Below are positions 35,556 to 45,700 of a stretch of DNA of 64,000 nt, one piece after another. A program made the translations under genes and the position numbers. Where the stretch lies: the IMG/VR virus record IMGVR_UViG_3300021255_002251. The stretch is one strand, 5' to 3'. Within the stretch, counting starts at the first letter, position 1; each line of letters opens with the position of its first letter. The notes under the pieces are model-generated. The model searched no databases, was not told where the DNA came from, and was given only the letters and a program-made list of their open reading frames with translations. The stretch is from a virus (lineage: Duplodnaviria > Heunggongvirae > Uroviricota > Caudoviricetes).

Positions 35556-37478
35556 TTAGCGAATAAACATGACAAATTGGTAGAACACTGCTGCCTGATA
35601 GGCTCCTATGTCTAGTCCGCCACCATATGTCCTTGGAGAACCACGTAAATCTTTTGAGTTTAGCATCCAATTATCAATTGGTATCTGCTCTATTAAGCCG
35701 CCAAAACTCAAGTGGCAAGCAGGAGAAGATTTGTCGATTGCATAAGGGTTGCTAGCATCAAGACTCAATGCGAACTTCGGTTTGAAGATTGCTCGATCAT
35801 ACACATAGGTGTTAACCAAAGTCGCATCAACTCCATCCTCTATTCCTGCTATGCTATTTGCTATTTTCAGATATTGGAGGTCTTTCTTGCTTATGTCATA
35901 ATTGAGAGAACCTATATAATCACTGGTAGCATCCCATCCGTTGTTTGTATAATATTCGTACCAGGTCAAGTCGCTACTCACATAATCATTCAAAGAACTC
36001 AAAGAACCAGCAGATAAGGGGGATAGTTGGGCTTCTCGATATTTTGCCTTAAAAGTCATTGGACTAGCACCATCCCATCCCATCGCATAATAATATTCTC
36101 GATATGTTAAAGAGTATGAGGCCGGTTGATATCCATCAGTAATTTGTGCTATGACCATCCGATATACCTTATCCATTTCACCATAATCTATAGTGATTTC
36201 ATATCCATCTGGGTAGCCCTCTGGGTCATAGGATTTATAATAGTTCGTTGTTCCTCTTTCAGGGAAATATCCGTCCCACCCAAATGCTACAAGCCGCTGC
36301 CCTTTTGTCAATGCGATAGTCTTATATGTTCCATTCGTAGCCACTTCCTTATTCACTTTCGTCCCCAATATGCTGTTTCCATAGAACAGGCTATTGGAAA
36401 TGTTCATGTGTGCACTCATCCCAGGACTCCAATTTGCCGGCGGAACAAAAACCCTATACCCGCTATTGCTAACAATTGTAGAGCAAAGAATCTGCGGCAC
36501 AAATCGAGACAATATCACTGAACCGCTCTGATCCATCTCATAACTAAATTCCGCTTGTTTAGATAAATCAAAATCCTCCCCATTTGATATAAGTGAATTC
36601 CGAACATCAAAGAACCCCATGAAGATTACACCATTCGTTGCAGTAATCCGGCCTCTGTCAATCTCGCAATTGTAGAACCTGCTGATATTCGGTTCCCCAA
36701 CATCAGACAATACATATCTATATGCCTTACATTCAGACAGGTCGCTCCCTTTTCTGGCCTTATTCCCCTTGCTAACACTGTCTTCTACATATCCGTTTGC
36801 AATAGCGCCGCCGTTTGTCTGTGCCACATTCCCAGAGAATAGGGAGCTATAGACTCTGCTCCCATTGTAGATAGCTCCGCCATGAGACATGGCTTTGTTC
36901 CCAAAAAACTTGCACCCTACTATAGTAGAAGTGCTGTCAGAAGATTTGAGCGCTGCAATTGCTCCGCCTCTAAAAGCCGTGTTGTTAGTAAATATGCAGT
37001 TGGCAATCCTACATTCGTTTGATGCTAGTCCTAAATATATTCCTCCTCCACTCAATGTATCTTTTGGCTTGTTAGTTGTATTCATGTTATTGATGCAGTT
37101 CCCTCCAATAAGCATCATGCTACTAATCTTGCATCCGGGAGCATTTATGTATATGAGCCTATTCGTAGAACCTACTAATACAACATCTTCCGGTCTCCCA
37201 GTCCTCCCTCTAAGGCTTAGTCCGTTTGTAATATATAAATGTCCAACCCTACTCATGCAAGGTTGCTCATCGAGATGATAAGGCGAACCTACCTCACTTA
37301 CAATTATAGTATCACCCTGCCGTCCAGTAGCAACAGCATCTATTAGTTCTAACACATTGCTAACAGTAATGATGCCAGTATCTCTTCCCCTCAATACTGC
37401 GACAGTAACTGCTGTGCCAGCGGCAAGAGCAGCAACTCCGCCAGCCATCAGTACGGCTCGAACCCATTTCTTCTTCAT
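35556..37478 (-). CDS. signal-peptide protein with right-handed parallel beta-helix (pectate-lyase / Pmp-like repeats); possible depolymerase or surface-binding protein
   Basis: N-terminal MKKKWVRAVLMAGGVAALAAGTAVTVAVL. Repeated GGAI(Y/A) beta-helix rungs: GGGIYLG, RGGAIAA, HGGAIYNG, NGGAIANG. Confidence 0.55.
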   Translation of the reverse strand: MKKKWVRAVLMAGGVAALAAGTAVTVAVLRGRDTGIITVSNVLELIDAVATGRQGDTIIVSEVGSPYHLDEQPCMSRVGHLYITNGLSLRGRTGRPEDVVLVGSTNRLIYINAPGCKISSMMLIGGNCINNMNTTNKPKDTLSGGGIYLGLASNECRIANCIFTNNTAFRGGAIAALKSSDSTSTIVGCKFFGNKAMSHGGAIYNGSRVYSSLFSGNVAQTNGGAIANGYVEDSVSKGNKARKGSDLSECKAYRYVLSDVGEPNISRFYNCEIDRGRITATNGVIFMGFFDVRNSLISNGEDFDLSKQAEFSYEMDQSGSVILSRFVPQILCSTIVSNSGYRVFVPPANWSPGMSAHMNISNSLFYGNSILGTKVNKEVATNGTYKTIALTKGQRLVAFGWDGYFPERGTTNYYKSYDPEGYPDGYEITIDYGEMDKVYRMVIAQITDGYQPASYSLTYREYYYAMGWDGASPMTFKAKYREAQLSPLSAGSLSSLNDYVSSDLTWYEYYTNNGWDATSDYIGSLNYDISKKDLQYLKIANSIAGIEDGVDATLVNTYVYDRAIFKPKFALSLDASNPYAIDKSSPACHLSFGGLIEQIPIDNWMLNSKDLRGSPRTYGGGLDIGAYQAAVFYQFVMFIR

Positions 37479-37527
37479 CTAAATCTCCTCTTCCATATCT
37501 AGGAAATGCCGAGGAGACACATTGATG

Positions 37528-38028
37528 CTAATTATGGTTTGGAAGTTCTTCCACAATAGGGTGCAACTTCAAAATCCTCTGGTTGCTACTCCCACAGAAC
37601 CGTAGCGACAAGTCCTTCTTCTCCTCTACGAAAGGCCCATCTACTACATAGTCTATGTAAGTAAAGATGTCTTTTGCCGTGCCATCATTAAGAAGTTCGT
37701 CGTATGTGTAGCCAGTCCACATCCAAATGTCCTTCTCTGGATACTTCTCCTTTACCTCTTTGCATAGTGATATGACAACTTTGCGGTTGTCTGACAAGAC
37801 AGACATAGGATCACCACCAAGAAGAGATAGCCCCTTGCAATAGGGCTTGTCTAGTTCAGCAAATATTTTCTGCTTCGCCTTGTCGTCAAATGGCTTTCCA
37901 TATTCTGGATTCTGTGCTTCTGGATTGAAGCAGTTCGGACACTTTCTGCCACAACCACTAACAAAGAGGGAGACGCGAAATCCCGTTCCATTGGCGGTAT
38001 CGCACTTGATGATAGAAGCATATCGCAT
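37528..38028 (-). CDS. nrdG: anaerobic ribonucleotide reductase activating protein (radical SAM)
   Basis: SLFVSGCGRKCPNCFN Cys cluster; size and position next to nrdD. Confidence 0.85.
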   Translation of the reverse strand: MRYASIIKCDTANGTGFRVSLFVSGCGRKCPNCFNPEAQNPEYGKPFDDKAKQKIFAELDKPYCKGLSLLGGDPMSVLSDNRKVVISLCKEVKEKYPEKDIWMWTGYTYDELLNDGTAKDIFTYIDYVVDGPFVEEKKDLSLRFCGSSNQRILKLHPIVEELPNHN

Positions 38029-38048
38029 GGCTAGAAGTCCTTTCCGTC

Positions 38049-40352
38049 TTATGCCTCTACACCAACATGCTTTGCCCTATCTATTGTCTCCGCCTGCTTG
38101 CCAAGATTGAAAGCGGTCTTGAAATCGCCAGTTAGGTATCCCGTGACCCTCCTAAGTCGCTGGATCTTGGCACTCCCGCACCTTGGACATTTCTCACCAA
38201 TGTCTCCCGTGAAACCGCAGTCATCACAAGAGTCATTAGGAACATTTATCGCAAAGTATGGGATATCTTTGTCCATCGCATAGTTTACTACCTCTTCTAG
38301 CGCCTCAATGTTATTCTGCGTCGAAGAATCCATCTCGACATAGGTGATGCACCCAGCGCTAGAATAGCCAGTCAACTGCGATTCTATGTCAATCTTCTCA
38401 AATGGAGTCATCTTGTGCCACACGGGCACGTGAATACTATTCGTGAAGTAATCCCTATCCGACACGTTCGGAATCTCACCGAACTTCGCCTTGAACTTCT
38501 TCATCGCAGTATAGCACAAGTTCTCTGCTGGAGTATAGTAGACTCCAAAGTTCAACTTGTACTCATTCTTGAATGAAGAACACTTGTCCTTGAACAACTG
38601 CTCTATTCTCTTTGCGAGCTTCATTCCTTTTGCTACGGTATGGTCGCATCCGATTAGCAACTGCAATGTCTCCGCCATTCCCAACTGCCCTATGGCGAGA
38701 GTCCCATGCTTCAATGCGGAACGAATCCCCTCTTCTGGCTTGTAGCCGTACATCGTCCCATTCTCATACATGAACCTTGCTGACTTCGGAGACTGCGAAC
38801 ATATCCACTCAAAACGCTCGAGCAGCATATCCTTCGCCTCTGCTATCTTCTTGTCAAGAATCTCAAAGAATATCTCGATGCGCCTCTTCTCTTTCTGTGA
38901 ATCATCCCATTCAATTCCATTCTTCTTTTCTTTTGCGGCTTCGGCATCGGCTTTCTTCTTAGCTTTCATCGCATAAGTAGGAAGTATGCAGGTGACTGGG
39001 CAGATGTTTCCACGACCATCCTTCAACTGCAGCAACTTCGGATTGTCTGCATTGATGTCTGCTAGATTTGCAGTACGGCATCCCATCGTGCTAAAGTATG
39101 TGCATGGGTTGTCTCTATCAAACCCAGCATTTGAACTCCAGTCTACATTCGCATAGTTTGGGTATAACCTCAATGCCGTTGACTTCAAAGCGAGCTTGAA
39201 CAAATCGTAGTTAGGGTCTCCGAATTTACGATTCACGCCCTTCATGCACTGGAAAATCCCGCATGGGAATATCGGTGTCTTGTGGAACTTACCGACACCC
39301 TTAATGCTACCCTCTATGAGGGCCTTTATCACCATTCTCCCTTCTGGAAGTGTACATGTCCCGTAGTTGATGCTTGTGAATGGGAGCTGGCAGCCGCTAC
39401 GCGATTGGAGGGTATTGAGATTGTGATACATACCTTCAACCGCCTGTTCAAGTTCCTTCTGTGTTTGTTTCATGGCATATTCATGAACCCTGCCATTCCA
39501 CATTTCGTATGCTTGACAAAGGATTCCTGAATCTTCTGGAATTTCCTCAAATTTCTTTAGCCAAGATTCTACTGTAGGGTATTGTTTTCTCATCGGTTCA
39601 AGAAAACTAGGATACTCAATCCATTTTATTCCATCAATGAAATGCTTTCTAAATGACTTTCGAACATACGGCACCATCGTCCAGTCAAGATGCGTTGCCG
39701 ACACTCCTCCAAACTGCTGCAAGCTCTGCAACTGAAAGATTACTGCCACCAATTGCATCGCCGTGTTGATAGAGCCTGCAGGACGCACATCGCATTGCCT
39801 TGTGTTGAATCCCTCCGCTAGAAGTTTGTCAAATGGAATGCTCAAGCAGTTGTGCATCCCCACGGCATATGAATCTAAGTCGTGTATGTATATCTCATTG
39901 TTATTGTGATTCCTTGCGGACTTCTTAGACACGATATGCTCTAGCGCATACTTCTTTGCCACAAGAGATAATGTCTCCCCCATCCTACCGCCAAATGAAT
40001 GTTCATCCACATTCGCATTCTGGTTTTGCACATTGCTGGCGGTCAGTTTCTCCATCAGAGCCTTTTCGTTACGAGCCATCTCCCTTTCGTAACGATACTT
40101 GATGTAGTGCTTCGCTACATGGTATGCACCAGCCTCCTGAATCTTGGTTTCTACCATGTTCTGAATGTCTTCAACCGAAAGAGGCTTCTCCTGGGAAACG
40201 GCGAAATGCTCTATCGCTTCCGCTATCGTTTCTATCTTCTCCTTGGTCAGTTGCTCTTCTGCCTTGACGGTCTTGTTTGCCTTTGTGACCGCACTGACAA
40301 TCTTTGCCTTATCGAACGGCATCTCATCGCCGTTTCTCTTGATGATGTTCAT
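38049..40352 (-). CDS. nrdD: anaerobic ribonucleoside-triphosphate reductase (class III)
   Basis: N-terminal ATP cone. C-terminal zinc ribbon CDDCGFTG...CPRCGS. Glycyl-radical motif RVTGYLTG. Confidence 0.9.
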   Translation of the reverse strand: MNIIKRNGDEMPFDKAKIVSAVTKANKTVKAEEQLTKEKIETIAEAIEHFAVSQEKPLSVEDIQNMVETKIQEAGAYHVAKHYIKYRYEREMARNEKALMEKLTASNVQNQNANVDEHSFGGRMGETLSLVAKKYALEHIVSKKSARNHNNNEIYIHDLDSYAVGMHNCLSIPFDKLLAEGFNTRQCDVRPAGSINTAMQLVAVIFQLQSLQQFGGVSATHLDWTMVPYVRKSFRKHFIDGIKWIEYPSFLEPMRKQYPTVESWLKKFEEIPEDSGILCQAYEMWNGRVHEYAMKQTQKELEQAVEGMYHNLNTLQSRSGCQLPFTSINYGTCTLPEGRMVIKALIEGSIKGVGKFHKTPIFPCGIFQCMKGVNRKFGDPNYDLFKLALKSTALRLYPNYANVDWSSNAGFDRDNPCTYFSTMGCRTANLADINADNPKLLQLKDGRGNICPVTCILPTYAMKAKKKADAEAAKEKKNGIEWDDSQKEKRRIEIFFEILDKKIAEAKDMLLERFEWICSQSPKSARFMYENGTMYGYKPEEGIRSALKHGTLAIGQLGMAETLQLLIGCDHTVAKGMKLAKRIEQLFKDKCSSFKNEYKLNFGVYYTPAENLCYTAMKKFKAKFGEIPNVSDRDYFTNSIHVPVWHKMTPFEKIDIESQLTGYSSAGCITYVEMDSSTQNNIEALEEVVNYAMDKDIPYFAINVPNDSCDDCGFTGDIGEKCPRCGSAKIQRLRRVTGYLTGDFKTAFNLGKQAETIDRAKHVGVEA

Positions 40353-40448
40353 TTGTCTAAAACCTTTCTGGACATAGTGGGGGACACCGTTGCTCCGCTT
40401 TTGCGGGACAAAGGCAAGCTCCGAGACTAAAAGTTCCCGGAGCTTATT

Positions 40449-40736
40449 CTATTCGTTGGAAGGGGCGTCGTCCGCCTTAGATCCGGTCTTGTCGGCAGGA
40501 GCGCTTTCGGTTTCCTTTGCTTTCTCATAGACCGCAACAACGCACTCATTCTGCTTCAGCCCATCAAGGAAATCCTTTGATGGATTTGCACAGTAAATAG
40601 TAATGCGGTGCGTCCACGGCTTGCCGATAGCCTCATCCTGCGCCACAGTATCGGGTGTAGTCGGCTTCTCATCCGCCACGGCTTTCTCCTCTTTGCCGTT
40701 TATGCCATATAGGTAATCAAAGTAATTGTCTGCCAT
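40449..40736 (-). CDS. hypothetical protein
   Basis: 95-aa ORF starting MADNYFDY; shares its first 4 residues with the next gene. Confidence 0.35.
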   Translation of the reverse strand: MADNYFDYLYGINGKEEKAVADEKPTTPDTVAQDEAIGKPWTHRITIYCANPSKDFLDGLKQNECVVAVYEKAKETESAPADKTGSKADDAPSNE

Positions 40737-40762
40737 AGTCTTTCTCCTATTTGAAAATTCTA

Positions 40763-41380
40763 TTAATACCGATTGTCTGGGTTGTCCAAATCAAATCTGC
40801 GAGACAGAGGGATAACCCTACCCTCATTATCTCTGGTTACTTCTGCCCTCTTCATCTGCTTTGCATCGAAAATGCACCACTCTTCTCGCATGTCGCCAGC
40901 CCAGAACACTCCATCCATCTTCAACTTCCCTCCACCTAGGTATGCGGTAAGTCTCGCAGATACCTTTCCGTCATTAGCATGAATGACTGCATCATGCAGG
41001 TCTCTGTCCATAATGAATGGGGCTGTCACATTGATGTAGAAGCCCTGCATCCAATATCCGTATTCTACGGCCTTCCATGCTTCCTCTTCTGCTCCGTAGA
41101 AATAGACTCCCTCTCCAAGCCAACCTGCATCAGACTTGTTCTTTCGGTGAATCTGGTATACCCAGATGTCCCTTTTGTTGTCTCTACGCCATACTACCTT
41201 TTTAGCCCTTGTGTCAGGCATCTTCTGCCTGAAATACTTGTCTAGGAGGGTTGAAGTAGTTTCGTAGTCATGCCTAGCGGCCGCCTCAAGATATGTTATG
41301 TCGTCATCTGTAAGGTCTTTGTAGAACCTCTCGGTTCTTGCTCTCTCATCGAACACGAAACTATAGTAGTTGTCCGCCAT
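40763..41380 (-). CDS. hypothetical protein (205 aa)
   Basis: ORF; no family assigned. Confidence 0.4.
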   Translation of the reverse strand: MADNYYSFVFDERARTERFYKDLTDDDITYLEAAARHDYETTSTLLDKYFRQKMPDTRAKKVVWRRDNKRDIWVYQIHRKNKSDAGWLGEGVYFYGAEEEAWKAVEYGYWMQGFYINVTAPFIMDRDLHDAVIHANDGKVSARLTAYLGGGKLKMDGVFWAGDMREEWCIFDAKQMKRAEVTRDNEGRVIPLSRRFDLDNPDNRY

Positions 41381-41429
41381 ATCCTTTTGCAGCTCCTTGC
41401 CTTGCCAATATTTGCCTTGCAGTGAAACC

Positions 41430-42647
41430 TCATCTTTTGTGCTTCTTTAGCATATACCCAGAGTTTAACATATTCAACAAATAGACAATGATAAGCATAC
41501 TTATGACGGCCTTATACCCTCCGAGATGGCTTCCTACATAAAGTGCCGCCTGATTCCCGACAAGTCCTGCCACTCCCCATGCAGATAGAACCGCTCCGTG
41601 AATCTTAGATATGTCCGACATGCCATAATGGTCTGCCAAAATACCCGGTATGACGGAAAATCCAGCACCATAGCAGGCATTGATGATAAGTAGGGCTATC
41701 CCTATTATCACTGCGCACTTAAGGCTAACCGCCATCGTCAAGAATGAGATAAGAGATATATAAATTAGGATATGCTTCCTAATAGCAAGGCGGTCGCTCC
41801 ACCATGCAAAGAAGAACCTTCCTCCGCCATTCATTAGTCCACATAACCCTATCACAAAGGTGATAGTAGATGCACGATAACCTATGTCAGGGGCATCCAT
41901 CATCTGCTTTGCCAATGGGATTAGACAGAGACCAGCAGAGATGTTAAGAAACATAAAAAGCCAAGACTGCAGAAAGAACCTATCACCTAGCAAGCGAACA
42001 TAAGAGAAAGAACTGATTGCCGAATTAACAATGTCTGCATTATTGGCTGCATCTGGCTTCCGAAGCATCGTAGATGCAATGCCCATCATGACAAGGTAGA
42101 TGACGGCGAAAGCCATCATCACGAAATACATTCCCTTGCTGTCGGTTGCTACATTGAACAAGTCATAAAGTCCTCCGATTCCGCAACACCCTTTGTATAT
42201 AATTGTCGAAAGAGTAGAACCCAACCCAAATGAAATGATTGGGACTGCAGCGGCGATAGCCTTATTGTCTGGGAACCATAGCATCATCGTCTTCACTGGG
42301 GTTATATAGATAACTCCAGTCCCTAGCCCTAGAAGAAAACCATAGCCAAGATAGATAGACCAGAGTGACTTGAAGTATATTCCGGCAGAGGTTACGGCTA
42401 GTCCCATTATGAATAGAGCCATTCCTATCATGGTGGAACGATGAATGTTCTTCTCCACAATCTTACCGAAGAATGCAGCCCCCATCCCCAAAAAGAAAAT
42501 CCCCAATGAGAATGCGAACTGCACCGCCTGCTGCGTCTCACCTATGTAAGATGCTATCTCAGAAGAGAAGTTAGTGAAAGCATAAATCTGCCCGACAGAA
42601 ACGGCGAGCAGAAATGCAGGGAGCACTGAATGAAAGAACCTTTGCAT
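41430..42647 (-). CDS. major facilitator superfamily (MFS) transporter, 12 TM
   Basis: Twelve hydrophobic segments in a 6+6 arrangement; typical MFS length of 405 aa. Confidence 0.7.
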   Translation of the reverse strand: MQRFFHSVLPAFLLAVSVGQIYAFTNFSSEIASYIGETQQAVQFAFSLGIFFLGMGAAFFGKIVEKNIHRSTMIGMALFIMGLAVTSAGIYFKSLWSIYLGYGFLLGLGTGVIYITPVKTMMLWFPDNKAIAAAVPIISFGLGSTLSTIIYKGCCGIGGLYDLFNVATDSKGMYFVMMAFAVIYLVMMGIASTMLRKPDAANNADIVNSAISSFSYVRLLGDRFFLQSWLFMFLNISAGLCLIPLAKQMMDAPDIGYRASTITFVIGLCGLMNGGGRFFFAWWSDRLAIRKHILIYISLISFLTMAVSLKCAVIIGIALLIINACYGAGFSVIPGILADHYGMSDISKIHGAVLSAWGVAGLVGNQAALYVGSHLGGYKAVISMLIIVYLLNMLNSGYMLKKHKR

Positions 42648-42650
42648 AGA

Positions 42651-44507
42651 CTATGCCACCTTTTCAAACTTGTTTATTGGGAACGATCGAATAAGATTCA
42701 CTATGCCCTTTGCCGTTGCAGTATGCAGAACCTTTATCGCATTGACAACAATTGCGACATCTTCCCCATCCTTCCCTATCCTTATGAGAAGCCGTATCAG
42801 ATAGTCATGCCATAGCTGTCTCGCAAAATACAACATCCGTATTTTGTCTGAGACAGTAGAGAAGTCTGACGAGTCGAAGTTAGACATTATCGTTATGAAT
42901 GCCTTGTATTCATCTGTAGACAACGATTCTACGGATTCCCTAATGCTATCAGTCTCACCTTCCTTATAGGACAATATGCTCTTTACAATCTTCCTAGAAG
43001 TGTTGGAACCGATGATTTCGATTGGAATCAATTTGTCCAAGCAAGACTTGATGGTTGCATCACCCTTCTTATTGAGAAGGAAGTTTATCAAAGCCCCTTC
43101 GGTTACAGAAGGAGGGGCATTCACATCGGCGGCATTACCAGCGACAATCGGCTCTATGAGCTGTTCCGCCGATTTGCTCTGGTCTTCCTCTTCTGCCTTC
43201 GTTGTCTTGGCTATCTCACTAGCCAAGGTAGAATACTCTACTCCTAATCGTTTTGCCGCCTCCTTAAGAAGCAATGAACGATGTACCTTGTCTTTGCATT
43301 TCGCTATAGTCTCTAGTACGGCTCTAGTAATCCTCACAGCGGCATTTGTCTCATCTGGATTCTGCTCCGCTGCTCTCGCCGCTCTTATCTGGAACTGAAC
43401 GATAGATTCAGCATTGGAAGCAATGAGGTTTGAAAAGGAGTCCTTCCCATGTTTCAAGATATAGGAATCTGGATCGTCTCCATCTGGAAGGGCCAACACT
43501 CTGATTGGCATACCCTCGGCAAGAAGCAACTGTGCGGCTTTTATCGTTGCCTTGTGCCCTGCTCCATCGTCGTCGAAACATAGAAGGGCATTGTCGGCAA
43601 CCCTATGGAGCATAACGGCATGGTCTTCCGTGAATGCCGTTCCCAATGGAGCAATAGCCGTATTGAACCCATTTGCATGAAGCCGTATGCAATCTATCTG
43701 CCCCTCACATATTATCGCTTCTCTGTTCGGAGCCTTCACGATGTTCTTGCGGGCTTCGTCGAATGCAAAGAATGTTCTTGATTTTTTGAATATCATCGTC
43801 TCTGGCGAGTTGACGTACTTCCCGCTTTTCTTGTCTTCAACCAACTGGCGTCCAGAAAAAGCTACCACCTGCCCATTCTTATCCTTGATTGCGAACACGA
43901 GACGATTTGCGAAATAGAAATATGGTGGACGGATTGCAGAGCCGCTAACCTTTATAATTCCTGCTGCCGCGAGGTCTTTATATGAGTATCCGTGTCTCCC
44001 AGCCCATGCTAGAATTTTATCTACCTCTTTTGGGGCATATCCTATGAGGAACTTGTCAACAATGGTTGCATCTAGTTCCCGCCCCTTAATATATTCTCTA
44101 GCCAGGTCTGCATCTTTGCATCGTGTAGACTTGAGCATCTTGTTAAAGTCTAAGGCCAGCTCCGACATGATTGCATAGAGCCGTTTTCTAGTCTTCACTG
44201 CTGGATTTTCTGCTGCATGAAGTTCTATCCCGACAGATGATGCGAGCTTCCGTATCGCATCTCCAAAAGAAAGCCCCTCCTGCTTCATCACAAAAGAGAA
44301 CACATCTCCACTCTCACCGCAGCCGAAGCAGTGGTATGTGCCACGTGTCACATCTACCTTGAAACTAGGGGTCTTTTCGTTGTGAAATGGGCAGCAGCAC
44401 CAAAGTTCGCTTCCTCTTGGCTTTAAAGAGAATCCATAAGAGGATATGAGGTCGGCTATGTCAACCTTTGCTTTTACCTCTTCCTTCTGTTCTTCTGAAA
44501 TAGCCAT
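42651..44507 (-). CDS. DNA primase (DnaG-like: CHC2 zinc finger plus TOPRIM)
   Basis: CCCPFHNEKTPSF...YHCFGCGESGD zinc-binding domain. TOPRIM ICEGQIDCIRL...LCFDDDGAGHKATIKA. Confidence 0.85.
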   Translation of the reverse strand: MAISEEQKEEVKAKVDIADLISSYGFSLKPRGSELWCCCPFHNEKTPSFKVDVTRGTYHCFGCGESGDVFSFVMKQEGLSFGDAIRKLASSVGIELHAAENPAVKTRKRLYAIMSELALDFNKMLKSTRCKDADLAREYIKGRELDATIVDKFLIGYAPKEVDKILAWAGRHGYSYKDLAAAGIIKVSGSAIRPPYFYFANRLVFAIKDKNGQVVAFSGRQLVEDKKSGKYVNSPETMIFKKSRTFFAFDEARKNIVKAPNREAIICEGQIDCIRLHANGFNTAIAPLGTAFTEDHAVMLHRVADNALLCFDDDGAGHKATIKAAQLLLAEGMPIRVLALPDGDDPDSYILKHGKDSFSNLIASNAESIVQFQIRAARAAEQNPDETNAAVRITRAVLETIAKCKDKVHRSLLLKEAAKRLGVEYSTLASEIAKTTKAEEEDQSKSAEQLIEPIVAGNAADVNAPPSVTEGALINFLLNKKGDATIKSCLDKLIPIEIIGSNTSRKIVKSILSYKEGETDSIRESVESLSTDEYKAFITIMSNFDSSDFSTVSDKIRMLYFARQLWHDYLIRLLIRIGKDGEDVAIVVNAIKVLHTATAKGIVNLIRSFPINKFEKVA

Positions 44508-45355
44508 TACCCCGCCACCTTGTCCTTTCCTGTCGGGAAGGGCTCATTAAACGACATCTCCCTTATGCAGCCTGGGTTCAGTTCTAGCAATTTTATCTTA
44601 TATGCGATATTGTATTCTTCGTTCACTCGGGACACGTTCCACATATTGACTATTGAGTTTTCAAGACTCGTATGTAGCGTGGTGCATCTATGGTCTCCGC
44701 TATGAATGTGTCCGAAAATAACCATTCTTGGAGCTCTCGCATCTATCACCCTAGCTAGGCTATTGCTCCCGAAGTGGCGGCGATATTTAGTAGGATAGTC
44801 TAGACTCATGTCAGCCTCATGATACTTCATTAGAGGCGGAGAATGTGTTATGAGAACATCAACTCTTGCTGGCATCTGCAAGAACCTGTCTGCAAGGTCT
44901 TCATCATCAGCTTCAAAGCACCATCTTCCGTTTATGTATGGCACCCACGGAGTCCCATAGAACCTAATGCCTTTTATCGTCACTTCCTCATCAATCAGAA
45001 GATGGAAGTTCTTTGGAACACGCGAGTATTCTCCTCTCTTGATTGCTTCATACTTGCTAGACAGATAGAAGTCGTGATTGCCAGGAATCGCTACCACTTC
45101 ACAATTTAGTTTCGATATAAGCGGAAAGAACTTGCGCTCAAACCAGTATGGCTTGCTTGTGAAAAGGTCTGCGGGTTCTATGTCACCAGCTATTACAAGT
45201 ATGTCAACATTTCTCGAAAAGCATACTTCTTGTATGCCCTCTACGTGACCATGGATATCGCTAGTTGCAGCGAGTACAAGCGGCTTTCCTATTCTTTCAA
45301 ACATGATCCTTGAATCTCCCCATTGCCAAGTCTCCACCAATCTTAAGACGGGCAA
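44507..45355 (-). CDS. calcineurin-like metallophosphoesterase (second copy)
   Basis: TSDIHGH, GDI, GNHD, GHIHSGDH motifs. Confidence 0.8.
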   Translation of the reverse strand: MPVLRLVETWQWGDSRIMFERIGKPLVLAATSDIHGHVEGIQEVCFSRNVDILVIAGDIEPADLFTSKPYWFERKFFPLISKLNCEVVAIPGNHDFYLSSKYEAIKRGEYSRVPKNFHLLIDEEVTIKGIRFYGTPWVPYINGRWCFEADDEDLADRFLQMPARVDVLITHSPPLMKYHEADMSLDYPTKYRRHFGSNSLARVIDARAPRMVIFGHIHSGDHRCTTLHTSLENSIVNMWNVSRVNEEYNIAYKIKLLELNPGCIREMSFNEPFPTGKDKVAG

Positions 45356-45632
45356 TCGTCTCCATAGTCAGATTGGATAGGATAGCAGGAGAGAATGGAG
45401 CATCAGTCTCCGCCTTCTCCTTAATGGGGTCATCTTTCCAGAAGTATTTCCCTTCCCCTCTTCGCCACTCCTGAAGCTCTTCTAGTGCCTTTGCAAGTTC
45501 TGCATTCGTCATCAAAGATGGGTTGGAAAGAAGTTTGCTTTCAAAGAGAGTGTCAGTCCATTTCTTCCTGTTCTTCCGCCATGGATATGCCTTTTTTGAT
45601 ATAGGATTTTTTGTCTTTTTCGCTCGTTGCAT
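45297..45632 (-). CDS. hypothetical basic protein
   Basis: ORF immediately downstream of promoter 45665-45700 with a GGAAGGA RBS. Its 3' end overlaps the next gene by about 59 nt. Confidence 0.3.
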   Translation of the reverse strand: MQRAKKTKNPISKKAYPWRKNRKKWTDTLFESKLLSNPSLMTNAELAKALEELQEWRRGEGKYFWKDDPIKEKAETDAPFSPAILSNLTMETIARLKIGGDLAMGRFKDHV

Positions 45633-45664
45633 CGTCTTGTCCTTCCTATCCGAAAGCGAAGGAA

Positions 45665-45700
45665 ATTATACCACAGAATTGGTATAGCTGTAAAGGGGGG
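45665..45700 (-). promoter_or_regulatory. sigma70-type promoter: GGGGGG, TTTACA (45689-45694), 18 nt, TGTGGTATAAT (45665-45670)
   Basis: Minus strand reads CCCCCCCTTTACAGCTATACCAATTCTGTGGTATAAT. Confidence 0.55.
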
